From an uncultured Candidatus Binatia bacterium (GTDB lineage: Bacteria > Desulfobacterota > Binatia > UBA9968 > JAJDTQ01), in contig OZ244070.1 of assembly GCA_965215605.1 (NCBI GenBank), forward strand, positions 992,001 to 1,056,000: a stretch of DNA of 64,000 nucleotides, in the 5' to 3' direction. The notes under the pieces are model-generated. The model did not search any database. It had not been told where the DNA came from and saw nothing but the letters and a program-made list of their open reading frames with translations. The number at the start of each line of letters is the position of its first letter. Positions within the stretch are counted from its first letter, which is position 1. Below are positions 40,701-52,590 of this stretch, one piece after another. Position numbers and translations under genes: made by a program.

Positions 40701-41280
40701 CCTGCTCGGGCGGGAACAGTCCGGCCAGATCGCCGCGGTGGGCTTCGAGCTCTACACCCAGATGATGGAGGAGACCATTCACGAGCTCAAGGGAGAAGAG
40801 CGCCGGGTCACGGTGGAGCCGGAGATCCGCCTCGGCATTCCGGCCTACTTTCCCGACGACTACATACCCAGCGCCAACCAGCGCCTGCTGTTCTACAAGC
40901 GGCTGGCCAACCTGGAGGACACGGAGCAACTGGCGGAGATCCGGGACGAGATCCGCGACCGTTACGGGAGTTGCCCGGAGGTGGTGGAGAACCTGTTCAC
41001 GGTCATGGAACTCCGGCGCGCGCTCATCGGCGCCCTGGCAACCCAGGTCATCTACCAGGACGGCCGCCTGTCCCTGACCTTTCACGCCGACTCCCCCCTG
41101 AAAGTGGACCGGCTGCTCCAGCTCGCGGAAGAAGACCGCCGGGATTTCCGGTTCTCGCCGAACGGGCGTCTCTCCTACGCCCCCGGGCAGTCCGGCTGGC
41201 CTGCCATCATCGACGAGGCCTGTGAGTTATTGCACGCGGTGTGCCGGGACGGTATGTTACAGCACCACGAACGGCTGTAA
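37747..41280 (+). CDS. mfd: Transcription-repair coupling factor
   Basis: CGDVGYGKTEVA, DEEHRFG, TATPIPRTL, QLRGRVGRS, C-terminal TRCF domain. Confidence 0.97.
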   Translation: MASLSLNDKISRLLTHEWRGEKRISGLQGSAKAYAVFLAARQLDGPLVVLAPTVKEAERLFLDLSFFLGEESGSPPLERRLHLFPGWDILPFESLSPHPDQMAARMEGLHRLGQQSAPVLVTTPAAVMQRVVPRESFGSMHFIEGQEVDREELLWRLANLGLARAPLVEERGDFSVRGGIVDLFPPGYERPIRMEFSDDRIDSIREFDPRTQRSRSPHGELVLLPMREFVPGAQTSRDTLLRIEERADELGFTRKDKRALLESVREGVRFAGMEFLAPYFHDRPLPSLLAHLPRRSILWWDQPARVEEELERFGNLVGQRASKAAAEGRFHPRAEALYLEPDGWREEAAAFRQIHSESLDFLASPEDPSSTLSVRSYTNTDLHSELTTQQGSERSLAPLVEHLEQWRDQRVLFVGGHPGDAQRLRQLLAYYDVDLPVSERPFHETAAGPANGPAILLGSLTQGVRLPDERLVIITLEELWGRRKRDLPVRKRETPSHFITSLSELRQDDVVVHLDQGIGIYRGLKYLKVAGTEGEFLHLEYQGGDRLYLPIDRINLVQKFIGADGAAPVLDRLGGTSWLKLKARTRKAIVAMAKELLRVYATREVHEGHTFPAPDQAYREFEAAFEYEETPDQEQAIAETLKDMTQGKPMDRLICGDVGYGKTEVAMRAAFMAVMDGKQVAVLAPTTILAQQHLETFRGRFEPYPVRVESLSRFVTGKTVQQSLKDLGAGLIDIVIGTHRLLQSDVAFKNLGLVVVDEEHRFGVGHKEKLKKLRATVDVMSLTATPIPRTLHMSLVGIRDLSVIETPPPNRLAVRTYVTRYDEGVIRDAILREINREGQVFFLHNRVESIQRVGQKIMDLVPEAKVAVAHGQMTPVELKKNMGLFQENGAQVLVCSAIIESGLDYPNANTIIINRADRFGLAQLYQLRGRVGRSSRRAYAYLLLPGSGTVTRDAEKRLRALQELDELGSGFKLALHDLEIRGAGNLLGREQSGQIAAVGFELYTQMMEETIHELKGEERRVTVEPEIRLGIPAYFPDDYIPSANQRLLFYKRLANLEDTEQLAEIRDEIRDRYGSCPEVVENLFTVMELRRALIGALATQVIYQDGRLSLTFHADSPLKVDRLLQLAEEDRRDFRFSPNGRLSYAPGQSGWPAIIDEACELLHAVCRDGMLQHHERL

Positions 41281-41312
41281 ACTACGATACGATGGCAACA
41301 AGGAACGGCACC

Positions 41313-42563
41313 ATGAAGAGCCTCGGCAGACGGACCTTGAGCCGGCGCGCGGCAACGGTGCTGGCGCTGGCGTTCCCGGCGGCGGCTTTCGGCGCGGTGG
41401 TGGAGAAGATCGTCGTGGTGGTCAACGACGTTCCACACACCTACTCGGACCTGCGCAAGTTCACGCAGACCCGGCTGGGGCAGGACGTTCGGCTCGACGA
41501 GCTGACCGCCGGCCGCGTACCCAAGAGGCTGGTGGAGGAATTCATCACCGCCGAGCTCATCAAGGCGGAAGTCAAAGGCACCGGCATCCAGGTGCGGGAC
41601 GCCGACATCGACGCGTACATCGAGAATATCCGGAAAAGGAACAACGTCACGCTCGCCGAGTTGACCGCCGCGCTCAAGCGGGACGGCAAGGAAATGGACC
41701 AGTACCGGGACCAGGTCCGGAACGACCTCGAACGGGGCGAGCTCATCGACCGCAACGTCCGGCAGAAGGTTCACATCACGCCGGGGGACGCGCAACGCTA
41801 CTACGACGCCAATCCGCACCGCTTCTTGACCGACCTGAAGGTGCATCTCCGCCATATCATGCTGGAGGTGGAGGAAGGCGCGCCGTCCGACCGGGCCGAG
41901 GCGGTGCTTGCGCGTGTCAGGGAACTGCGACAGGAGGCGTTGGATGGAGCCGACTTCGCCGCGTTGGCGCGCACGCATTCCCAAGGCGCCGGGGCCAGGG
42001 AAGGCGGCGACATCGGTTGGCTCCAACCCGACAGTCTGCCCGATTCCCTGGCACGCGTCGCCGCCGTTCTGGACAAGGGAACCATCAGCCAGCCCGTCCG
42101 CACGAGCCTGGGGTACCACCTGGTGAAGATGGAAGACCGCCAGGGCGGGCAACGGCTGCCCTTCACCGCGGTTTCGGAACAGATCAGCGAAGAGCTGTAC
42201 CGGCAGACGCTGGACGAGAGATTCGCCAAGTGGCTCAAGACCGACTTGCGCAAGAAGCATCGTGTACAGGTCAAGCTCGACGGTTACGCGTTCGAGGCGC
42301 AAGAGGCCGAAAGGGGCACGGTCGGCAATCTGATGGCGGCCACGGCCGGCGAGGAAGACAAGGACTTCTGGGACTACATCAATCCGCTGACGTATATCTA
42401 CGACGAGGAAACCGTGGCGGGCGACCGTAAGATCGTCAAGCTCTTCGGCGTCCCGCTCTTCACGACGGAAGCGGGCGACGACGACGACGTGCCTCTCAAC
42501 GAGCCTTTTGAAGACCAACCGCCGAAGCTGGGGGCTGGCGGCGGCGGCGATGCTGCCCCGTAG
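41313..42563 (+). CDS. surA: SurA-like parvulin PPIase chaperone
   Basis: Signal peptide, IVVVVND, HLRHI, FAALAR..GGDIGW, GYHLVK; position between mfd and pdxA. Confidence 0.8.
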   Translation: MKSLGRRTLSRRAATVLALAFPAAAFGAVVEKIVVVVNDVPHTYSDLRKFTQTRLGQDVRLDELTAGRVPKRLVEEFITAELIKAEVKGTGIQVRDADIDAYIENIRKRNNVTLAELTAALKRDGKEMDQYRDQVRNDLERGELIDRNVRQKVHITPGDAQRYYDANPHRFLTDLKVHLRHIMLEVEEGAPSDRAEAVLARVRELRQEALDGADFAALARTHSQGAGAREGGDIGWLQPDSLPDSLARVAAVLDKGTISQPVRTSLGYHLVKMEDRQGGQRLPFTAVSEQISEELYRQTLDERFAKWLKTDLRKKHRVQVKLDGYAFEAQEAERGTVGNLMAATAGEEDKDFWDYINPLTYIYDEETVAGDRKIVKLFGVPLFTTEAGDDDDVPLNEPFEDQPPKLGAGGGGDAAP

Positions 42564-42611
42564 CGGTTCGGTCCACGGGGCCGCCCCCTCCGCGGCTCAA
42601 CCCATATCGAC

Positions 42612-43586
42612 ATGTCCAGACCCGTCGTCGCCGTGACCATGGGCGACCCCTCCGGCATCGGGCCGGAGGTGGCGATCCAGGCCGCGCGCGACGCCGGCGT
42701 GCGGCGTTCCTGCCGCGTGCTGATCGTGGGAGACCCCTCCCTGCTGGCGCGTGCCGGCGCCCCCCGTTGGCCCACCCGGAAGCCTGGACAGGAAGTTCCC
42801 GCCGAAGCCCCCGTCACGGTGGAACCCGTTGCCAGCCCCGGGACTGCCCGGTCCCGCCCCGGAAGGCCCACCGCCGGCGGCGGCGAGGCGTCCTACCGCT
42901 ACATCGTCCGCGCGGTGGAGCTCATTCGCGCCGGCGAGGCCGACGCCATGGCCACGGCGCCCATCAGCAAGAAGGCTCTGAACGATGCCGGCCACGCCTA
43001 TCCCGGCCACACCGAGCTGCTGGCCGAACTCACCCGCACACGGGAAGTCCGCATGATGCTCTTCGGGCGGCGTCTCAAGGTGGTTCTGGTGACGGTGCAT
43101 CTGCCGCTCACGGAAGTGTCCGCGGCCCTGACCCGCAAGCGGGTGCGCGCCACCATCGAGCTGACCCACCGGTCCCTGCGGCAAGAGTTCGGCGTGGCGG
43201 AACCCCGGCTGGCGGTGGCCGCGCTGAATCCCCACGGCGGGGAAGACGGCATGTTCGGCCAGGAAGAGCGCAAGGTGATCCGGCCCGCGGTGCGGGACTG
43301 CTCGGGCCGGGGCATGCGCGTCGCCGGACCCGTCCCCGCGGACAGCCTCTTCCACCGGACCGCGGCAGGAGAGTTCGACGCGGCCATCTGCATGTATCAC
43401 GACCAGGGCCTGGGGCCCTTCAAGCTGCTGCACTTCACCGACGGCGTCAACCTGACCCTGGGGCTTCCACTCGTCAGGACCTCCGTAGACCACGGCACCG
43501 CCTACGACATCGCCGGCCGGGGCGTGGCCGACGCCCGCAGCATGAAGCAGGCCATCCTGCTCGCCGCCCGGCTTTCGCCGGGATGA
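42612..43586 (+). CDS. pdxA: 4-hydroxythreonine-4-phosphate dehydrogenase
   Basis: [36 protein letters not shown]. Confidence 0.95.
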   Translation: MSRPVVAVTMGDPSGIGPEVAIQAARDAGVRRSCRVLIVGDPSLLARAGAPRWPTRKPGQEVPAEAPVTVEPVASPGTARSRPGRPTAGGGEASYRYIVRAVELIRAGEADAMATAPISKKALNDAGHAYPGHTELLAELTRTREVRMMLFGRRLKVVLVTVHLPLTEVSAALTRKRVRATIELTHRSLRQEFGVAEPRLAVAALNPHGGEDGMFGQEERKVIRPAVRDCSGRGMRVAGPVPADSLFHRTAAGEFDAAICMYHDQGLGPFKLLHFTDGVNLTLGLPLVRTSVDHGTAYDIAGRGVADARSMKQAILLAARLSPG

Positions 43587-43595
43587 CGGACGGCC

Positions 43596-46061
<2,466 letters not shown>

Positions 46062-46161
46062 ATGGCGCGGGACAGGACACTGGAAACACCGTTCCGGACC
46101 GGCTGTTTCTTGACATTCACGAGGCTTCGGGCCTAAATGAAAGGTTCGGAAGGTGTATTCG

Positions 46162-47364
46162 ATGAAGCTCCCCGTCTATTTCGACAACCATGCCACCACC
46201 CCGGTAGACCCCGGAGTCGTCGATGCCATGCTGCCGTTCTTTACGGAACGGTTCGGCAACTCGGCGAGCAAGCACGCATTCGGCTGGGAGGCGGAGGCAG
46301 CGGTGCACGATGCGCGGAAGAACGTCGGCAGCCTGATCGGCGCGGCGCCCAGGGAGATCATCTTCACCAGCGGGGCGACGGAGTCCGACAACCTGGCCAT
46401 CAAGGGAGTTGCCGAGATCTACCGGGACCGCGGCGACCACATCATCACCTGCGCGGCCGAGCACAAGGCCGTCCTGGACTGCTGCAAGTTCCTCGAACGG
46501 CACGGCTACCGGGTCACCTACCTGCCGGTGGACTCCCACGGCAGCGTGGATCTGAACAGGCTGCGGGCCGCCATCGACGAAAAGACGCTGCTCATCTCGA
46601 TCATGGCGGCGAACAACGAGGTGGGCACGGTGCAGCCGCTGGAGGAGATCGGCCGCATCGCCGAGGAGCACGGCATCCTCTTCCACACCGACGCCACCCA
46701 GGCGGTGGGCAAGATGGCCATCGACGTGGCCGCGTGCCGGATCCACCTGCTCTCGATGACGGCCCACAAGCTCCACGGCCCCAAGGGCATCGGGGCGCTG
46801 TACGTGAGCGCCAGGAAACCGGCGGTGCGCCTGAGCCCGACCATACACGGCGGCGGCCACGAGGGCGGCATGCGGTCCGGGACCCTGAACGTGCCCGGCA
46901 TCGTAGGATTCGGCAAGGCCTGCGCCATCGCCCGGGAGCAAATGGCCACCGAGCTGCCGCACATCACCCGGCTGCGGGACCGGCTGGAAGCCAGCCTGTT
47001 CGCGCGTCTCGACGAACTCCAACTGAACGGCCATCCCACGAATCGCCTGTGCGGCAATCTGAACGTGGCCTTCGGCTACGTGGAAGGCGAATCGTTGATC
47101 ATGGGCCTCAACGACGTGGCGGTTTCGTCCGGCTCCACCTGCACGTCCGCGGCGCTGGAACCGTCTCACGTGCTCAAGGCCATGGGAATCCGGGAGGACC
47201 TCGCCCATGGCTCGATCCGGTTCGGGCTGGGCCGGTTCAATACCGAGGAAGAGGTGGACTACGTGGTGCGCCGGGTGGAGGAGGAAGTCACGCGGCTGCG
47301 CGGGCTCTCGCCGCTCTACGCGAAACGGGCGGCGGCGGCGAGGCCGGCGGCGGCCGGAAAGTAG
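46162..47364 (+). CDS. iscS: Cysteine desulfurase IscS
   Basis: YFDNHATTP, TAHKLHGPKG, RSGTLN, SSGSTCTS. Confidence 0.93.
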   Translation: MKLPVYFDNHATTPVDPGVVDAMLPFFTERFGNSASKHAFGWEAEAAVHDARKNVGSLIGAAPREIIFTSGATESDNLAIKGVAEIYRDRGDHIITCAAEHKAVLDCCKFLERHGYRVTYLPVDSHGSVDLNRLRAAIDEKTLLISIMAANNEVGTVQPLEEIGRIAEEHGILFHTDATQAVGKMAIDVAACRIHLLSMTAHKLHGPKGIGALYVSARKPAVRLSPTIHGGGHEGGMRSGTLNVPGIVGFGKACAIAREQMATELPHITRLRDRLEASLFARLDELQLNGHPTNRLCGNLNVAFGYVEGESLIMGLNDVAVSSGSTCTSAALEPSHVLKAMGIREDLAHGSIRFGLGRFNTEEEVDYVVRRVEEEVTRLRGLSPLYAKRAAAARPAAAGK

Positions 47365-47383
47365 CGGCAAGGGGGCCAGGAAG

Positions 47384-47713
47384 ATGGCGACAGGGGTCCA
47401 GATAACGGAACAGGCGGCCGGCCGGATCAAGGAACTGCTCGACGGAGACGAACGGGACCTGACCGGGCTGCGCCTCAAGGTGGTGGGCGGCGGCTGTTCC
47501 GGGCTGCAGTACAAGATGGATCTCGACGACCCGAAGCCCATGGACCGCGTGTTCGAACAGGCGGGAGCCAAGGTGATCGTGGACCTGAAAAGCCTGCTCT
47601 ACCTGGCGGGCACGGAGCTCGACTACAGGGAAACCCTCATGGAGGCGGCCTTCGTGTTCCAGAACCCCAACGTCAAACGCAGTTGCGGGTGCGGCGCCTC
47701 GTTCGTGGTCTGA
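47384..47713 (+). CDS. iscA: Fe-S cluster A-type carrier
   Basis: GGGCSG, NPN..CGCGASF. Confidence 0.93.
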   Translation: MATGVQITEQAAGRIKELLDGDERDLTGLRLKVVGGGCSGLQYKMDLDDPKPMDRVFEQAGAKVIVDLKSLLYLAGTELDYRETLMEAAFVFQNPNVKRSCGCGASFVV

Positions 47714-47759
47714 ACCCGCGCGAGCGCGCGGCAGACCCCGGCACCCGAGGTGACACGCC

Positions 47760-48956
47760 ATGTCCGACGTCATCTATTTCGACAACAACGCCACCACCCG
47801 CATCGCGCCGCCGGTCTACGAGGCCATGGCGCCCTACCTCACGGAGTTGTACGGCAATCCGTCGAGCATCCACAGCTTCGGCAGCCGGGCGGGCCGGGCG
47901 CTGGACCGCGCCCGGACGCAGGTGGCCGGACTGCTGGGCGCCGGCGACGAGGTGGAGGTGATGTTCACGAGCTGCGGCTCGGAGGGGGACAACACCGCCA
48001 TCCGCGGGATCCTCGACGGCGCGCCGGAAAAGCGCCACTTCATCACCACCGCCGTGGAACATCCCGCGGTGCTGGGGCTCGGCCAGCATCTGGAGAAGAG
48101 GGGCTACCGGGTCACCTGGCTCGGGGTGGACGAGGACGGCCGGCTGGACCTGGACGAGCTCCGGGACTCGCTGTCGGACGACACGGCCCTGGTCTCGATC
48201 ATGTACGCCAACAACGAGACCGGCGTGGTCTTTCCGGTGCGCGAGGCCGGCGAGATCGTCAAGGCCCGGGACATCCCCTTCCACGTGGACGCGGTGCAGG
48301 TACCGGGCAAGATCGGACTCGACGTGAAGGACGACCCCATCGACCTCTTGACCATCTCCGCCCACAAGTTCCACGGCCCCAAGGGCGTGGGCGCGCTGTA
48401 CGTCAGAAGAGGGATCACGTTGCGGCCCTTCATCGTCGGCGGACACCAGGAACGCAACCGCCGCGCGGGGACCGAGAACGTCGCCGGCATCGTGGGCATG
48501 GGCGAGGCCGCCGAGCTGACCGCCACGGACGCGGCCGCGGAAAACGAACCGTTGGCGGCGCTCCGGGATCAGCTCGAAGGCGCCCTCGTGTCCGCCTGCC
48601 CGGGCGCCCGGGTCAACGGCGGCAAGGCGGTGCGTTTGCCGAACACGCTCAACATCGCCTTCGAATACCTGGAGGGGGAATCGATTCTGGTACTGCTGGA
48701 CGAGTTCGGGATCTGCGCGTCCACGGGCTCCGCGTGCACCGCCGGCTCGGTGGAGCCGTCTCACGTCCTGCGAGCCATGAAGGTGCCGCCGCAGTGGCTC
48801 CAGGGAGCCGTGCGATTCAGTCTCGGCCGCTACAACACGGCGGAAGAGGTCGACTTCGCGGCGGAGAGGATTCCCGGCATCGTCCGGCGCCTTGGGGGGC
48901 TGTCGGCATTGGGCCGGGTGGGAACGAAGGGAGGCGCGCCTGGGCACGTCTCATAG
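47760..48956 (+). CDS. nifS: Cysteine desulfurase, NifS-type
   Basis: YFDNNATT, SAHKFHGPKG, RAGTEN, STGSACT. Confidence 0.88.
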   Translation: MSDVIYFDNNATTRIAPPVYEAMAPYLTELYGNPSSIHSFGSRAGRALDRARTQVAGLLGAGDEVEVMFTSCGSEGDNTAIRGILDGAPEKRHFITTAVEHPAVLGLGQHLEKRGYRVTWLGVDEDGRLDLDELRDSLSDDTALVSIMYANNETGVVFPVREAGEIVKARDIPFHVDAVQVPGKIGLDVKDDPIDLLTISAHKFHGPKGVGALYVRRGITLRPFIVGGHQERNRRAGTENVAGIVGMGEAAELTATDAAAENEPLAALRDQLEGALVSACPGARVNGGKAVRLPNTLNIAFEYLEGESILVLLDEFGICASTGSACTAGSVEPSHVLRAMKVPPQWLQGAVRFSLGRYNTAEEVDFAAERIPGIVRRLGGLSALGRVGTKGGAPGHVS

Positions 48957-49025
48957 TGTCCCGTGCCTGTTTGGCCGCGCCGGCTCTGCCGGACCGACAG
49001 ACCGCGGCCGTCCGTCTTCCGGTTG

Positions 49026-49058
49026 AGGTCCGGAGCCCCCTCGAGAGGCTCCGGACCT
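49026..49058. terminator. Perfect 12-bp hairpin downstream of nifS
   Basis: AGGTCCGGAGCC / GGCTCCGGACCT; weak U tract. Confidence 0.45.
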
Positions 49059-49092
49059 TGGCACTTCAAGGGTAAAGAGCCGCGAACACCCC

Positions 49093-50040
49093 ATGAACAA
49101 GGGTCGAAACAGACGCCGGAACCTGGGCTACCGTCTCCGCTATCGCGCCGGTGAATACTTCATCAGAGCGTTGGTCGCGAGCTTCCGATGGCTGCCCGCA
49201 TCCGCGCCGCGTTACATCGCCGGACTCACGGAACGGGTGAGCTTCCGGCTGCTGTGGCGATACCGCAAGCGGATGCACGAGACCCTGGAGCACACCATGG
49301 GCAAGGAGCTGCGCACCGCGAGGGAGCGCCGCGCCCTTGCGCGCCAGGCCTGGAGAAACATCACCCAAGGGGTTCTCGAAACCATCACGACCCTGTACAC
49401 GGACGACGACGAGTTGTGCTCGCGGATCGAGATCAAGGGAGAGGAACGCCTGCGCGAGGCGCTGGCCCGGGACAAGGGCGTCCTGGCCCTGAGCGCCCAC
49501 TTCGGGAATTTCGGGATCATCGGACCGCGGCTCGTTGCCCAAGGCTACGCCTTCAGCGCGGTAGCCAAGTTGGCGGAGGAAACACGCCTGGCCGCGCTGC
49601 AAAACGAGTACTGCGCAAGGGCCGGCGTCAAGATCATCCCCGCCCGTCCCAGGCGCGAGTCGGTCTCGCGGGTCATCGAGGCGCTCCGGCACAACGAAAT
49701 CGTGCTGCTGATCCCGGACGAGCTCAAGAGCCGCGGAGTCGAGGTGGAGTTCCTCGGGCGCCGGGTGCCGGCGCCCAGGGGGCCCATCACCATCGCACTG
49801 CGCACCGGCGCCGCCGTGCTTCCGGTGTTCATGATCCGCGACCGGCAACACCGGCTGACCCTTCACGTCGAACCCGAAATCCGGTTCGTTCAGACCGGCG
49901 ACAGGGAGGCCGATCTCAGCACCAATGCCCGCCTGTTCGTTCAGAAGATCGAGGACATGGTACGCCGCTATCCGGACCAGTGGAGCTGGATGGGCTTGCG
50001 GAACCCCCACGAACGTGACGCATCCCACCTGGCTTCGTGA
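49093..50040 (+). CDS. Lipid A late acyltransferase family (LpxL/HtrB-like)
   Basis: AHFGN, VEFLG, GP..ALRTGA, PDQWSW. Confidence 0.8.
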   Translation: MNKGRNRRRNLGYRLRYRAGEYFIRALVASFRWLPASAPRYIAGLTERVSFRLLWRYRKRMHETLEHTMGKELRTARERRALARQAWRNITQGVLETITTLYTDDDELCSRIEIKGEERLREALARDKGVLALSAHFGNFGIIGPRLVAQGYAFSAVAKLAEETRLAALQNEYCARAGVKIIPARPRRESVSRVIEALRHNEIVLLIPDELKSRGVEVEFLGRRVPAPRGPITIALRTGAAVLPVFMIRDRQHRLTLHVEPEIRFVQTGDREADLSTNARLFVQKIEDMVRRYPDQWSWMGLRNPHERDASHLAS

Positions 50041-50098
50041 GGGCCGCACACCACGACAGGAAGGGCATGGAGCGACAGAGATATCGCACGGGGCAGGG

Positions 50099-50869
50099 AT
50101 GGACCTCGGACTGACCGGAAGAGTGGTCATGATCACCGGCGCAAGCCGGGGCATCGGCAAGGCCATCGCAGCAGGCCTGGCCGCGGAAGGCTGCCTGCTG
50201 AGCCTCTGCGCCCGGGGCCGGGACGATCTCGACGAGACCGTTCGTGAGCTGCGCGACCGAGACGCGGACGTCTTGGCGTCGGCACTGGACGTCACCGACG
50301 AGAGCGCCGCGCGCCGGTGGTTCGACGAGACCCGTGAACGGTTCGGCGCCGTCGACGTGCTGGTGAACAACGTCGGCGGTTCCCGTCCGGGCGGTGACCT
50401 GTCCGCCTCCGCCGACGACTGGCGCCGGGGCTTTTCCCTCAACTTCTTCTCCGCCCTGGATCTCTGCCGGCTGGTGGTGCCGTCCATGCGGGAACGCAAG
50501 CGGGGTTGCGTCATCAACATCGCCTCCATCTACGGCCGCGAGTGGGGCGGACCCATGACCTACAACGCCGCCAAGGCGGCCATGATCAGCTTGTCCAAGG
50601 AGATGGCCCGGGAACTCGCGCCCCACGGCATCCGGGTCAACAGCGTCGCCCCCGGCTCCATCCTGTTCCCCGGCGGCTCATGGGACCGGCGTCAAAAGGA
50701 GGATCCCGCGGGGATCGCCGGGTTCGTCGAGCGCGAGCTCCCCGCGGGCCGCTTCGGCACCCCGCGGGAGGTGGCCGACGTGGTGGTTTTCCTTGCCTCG
50801 GACCGGGCCAACTGGATCTCCGGGGCCTGTATCAACGTCGACGGCTGCCAGTCGAGGTCGTTGATATGA
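50099..50869 (+). CDS. Classical SDR oxidoreductase
   Basis: TGASRGIG, NNVG, YNAAK, VNSVAPG. Confidence 0.93.
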   Translation: MDLGLTGRVVMITGASRGIGKAIAAGLAAEGCLLSLCARGRDDLDETVRELRDRDADVLASALDVTDESAARRWFDETRERFGAVDVLVNNVGGSRPGGDLSASADDWRRGFSLNFFSALDLCRLVVPSMRERKRGCVINIASIYGREWGGPMTYNAAKAAMISLSKEMARELAPHGIRVNSVAPGSILFPGGSWDRRQKEDPAGIAGFVERELPAGRFGTPREVADVVVFLASDRANWISGACINVDGCQSRSLI

Positions 50870-50940
50870 ACGTCCCTGTGTTGCCGCTCGTTGCCGGAAA
50901 CGGATATCGTCGCACACAAGCCGAGCCACATGGAGGCATT

Positions 50941-51552
50941 ATGAAACGGATCATGTTCACGGTTGCCGCGGCGTTCTTGCTGTTCGCCCACGGCGCAAGC
51001 GCGCAACAGTTCGAAAAGGCGGTCTTCGCCGGCGGTTGCTTCTGGTGCGTCGAGTCGGATTTCGACAAGGTGCAGGGGGTCGTCTCGACGATTTCCGGCT
51101 ATACCGGCGGCAAGACCAGCGACCCGACCTACCGGCAGGTAACCGCCGGAGGCTCGGGTCACTACGAAGCGGTGGAGATCACCTACGATCCGGCCAAGGT
51201 CAGCTACGAGATGCTGCTCGCCGCCTTCTGGCGCTCGGTGGACCCGGTCGACGACGGGGGCCAGTTCTGTGACCGCGGCGATTCCTACAAGACCGCCGTC
51301 TTCGTGGCCAACGACAAGGAGCGGGACCTGGCCGAGGCTTCCAGGAAGGCGGCACAAACGCTGGTGGACGAACCCATCGTCACCCCGATCCTGGCCGCCG
51401 GGCCGTTCTACGCCGCGGAAGACTACCACCAGGACTATTACAAGAATAATCCCCTTCGGTATCGCTACTACCGCTTCAGTTGCGGCCGTGACAGGCGGGT
51501 CAAGGAGTTATGGGGCGAGCACGCCTACGAAGGCATCCCCAAGCAAGGGTAG
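50941..51552 (+). CDS. msrA: Exported peptide-methionine (S)-sulfoxide reductase
   Basis: Signal peptide, FAGGCFWC, SGYTGG, AEDYHQDY. Confidence 0.95.
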   Translation: MKRIMFTVAAAFLLFAHGASAQQFEKAVFAGGCFWCVESDFDKVQGVVSTISGYTGGKTSDPTYRQVTAGGSGHYEAVEITYDPAKVSYEMLLAAFWRSVDPVDDGGQFCDRGDSYKTAVFVANDKERDLAEASRKAAQTLVDEPIVTPILAAGPFYAAEDYHQDYYKNNPLRYRYYRFSCGRDRRVKELWGEHAYEGIPKQG

Positions 51553-51692
51553 GTCCGCCCGCACGATGCCATCGGGCTGCCGGCGGAACCCTATTCAGGC
51601 TGGTGTTGCACAGGAATATACCGTACGCCCGGCCGCTGCCAGGGCTTCTTCCAGCGACGCCAGCAAGATGCTGACCCGGGAATACGCTGGAT

Positions 51693-52042
51693 TGGTGGAG
51701 GCGGGGGGAATCGAACCCCCGTCCGAAGGCTTTCCGCCAGAAGTGACTACATGCTTAGTCGCCGTTTGAGTCTCGCCTCGAAAGTCCCCGACGACAGGGA
51801 CTTGCGCGGCCAGCCGGTTGGGATCTCGACCTCATCCCCTCCGGCAGGGGAATCGGTCCATCCCGCTGAATGACGCCTTGTCCGACCCCGCGGGAGAAGG
51901 CCGGCAAGACGCTGGCTGTCTAAGCAGCCAGGGCGTATTCGTTATTGTCTGCAGTTACTTGCAGTCCTGCTTTTTTAACGGGGCAACAGGACCCCGGCAT
52001 GCCACTTTGACTTCCCACCCCCGTCGAACCCATATCGCCCCC
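51693..52042 (-). ncRNA. ssrA: tmRNA; encoded tag ADNNEYALAA at 51920-51952
   Basis: 5' GGGGGCG..GGUUCGAC, 3' GGUUCGAUUCCCCCCGCCUCCACCA, tag ending ALAA-stop, directly downstream of smpB. Confidence 0.96.
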
Positions 52043-52066
52043 AATAGACAGGCACGGTCCCGGCGG

Positions 52067-52540
52067 TCAACTTCTGCGGCTCTTCATGGAGCGTTCCATT
52101 TCCCGCCGGACCATCTTTTCCTTGACCGTGGCGCGCTTGTCGTAGAGCTTCTTGCCGCGGGCCAGACCCAACTCCACCTTCGCGCGCCCCTCCTTGAAGT
52201 ATAGCTTTAACGGGATCAGCGTCAAGCCCCGCTCCTTCACCTTCCCCATGAGCCTCAAGATCTCGCGTTTGTGCAGCAGCAGCTTCCGCGGCCGGGTCGG
52301 TTCGTGATTGAACATGTTGGCCGCGGGATACGGGCTTATGTGGGAATTGACCAGCACCACCTGGCCCTTGTCGACGCGGGCGTAGCTGTCGGCCAGATTG
52401 GCGCGTCCGTCCCGCAACGACTTGACCTCGCTGCCCAGCAGCACCATCCCGGCCTCGAAGGACTCGTCGATGAAATACTCCCGGCGCGCCCGGCGGTTGA
52501 CGGTAACGGTCTTCTCGGCTGTTTCCCTGGTAGAGGCCAT
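52067..52540 (-). CDS. smpB: SsrA-binding protein
   Basis: NRRAR, GSEVKSLR, RKLLLHK, GKKLYDKR. Confidence 0.97.
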   Translation of the reverse strand: MASTRETAEKTVTVNRRARREYFIDESFEAGMVLLGSEVKSLRDGRANLADSYARVDKGQVVLVNSHISPYPAANMFNHEPTRPRKLLLHKREILRLMGKVKERGLTLIPLKLYFKEGRAKVELGLARGKKLYDKRATVKEKMVRREMERSMKSRRS

Positions 52541-52590
52541 GGGACGGTATCCGTTCTATCGGTGCCGGCGCCGGTGAGGGCGGCGCTCGT

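Noticed and set aside
51553-51700. Element integrated at the tmRNA 3' end
   Set aside because: No integrase and no duplicated tmRNA 3' end seen; msrA follows directly
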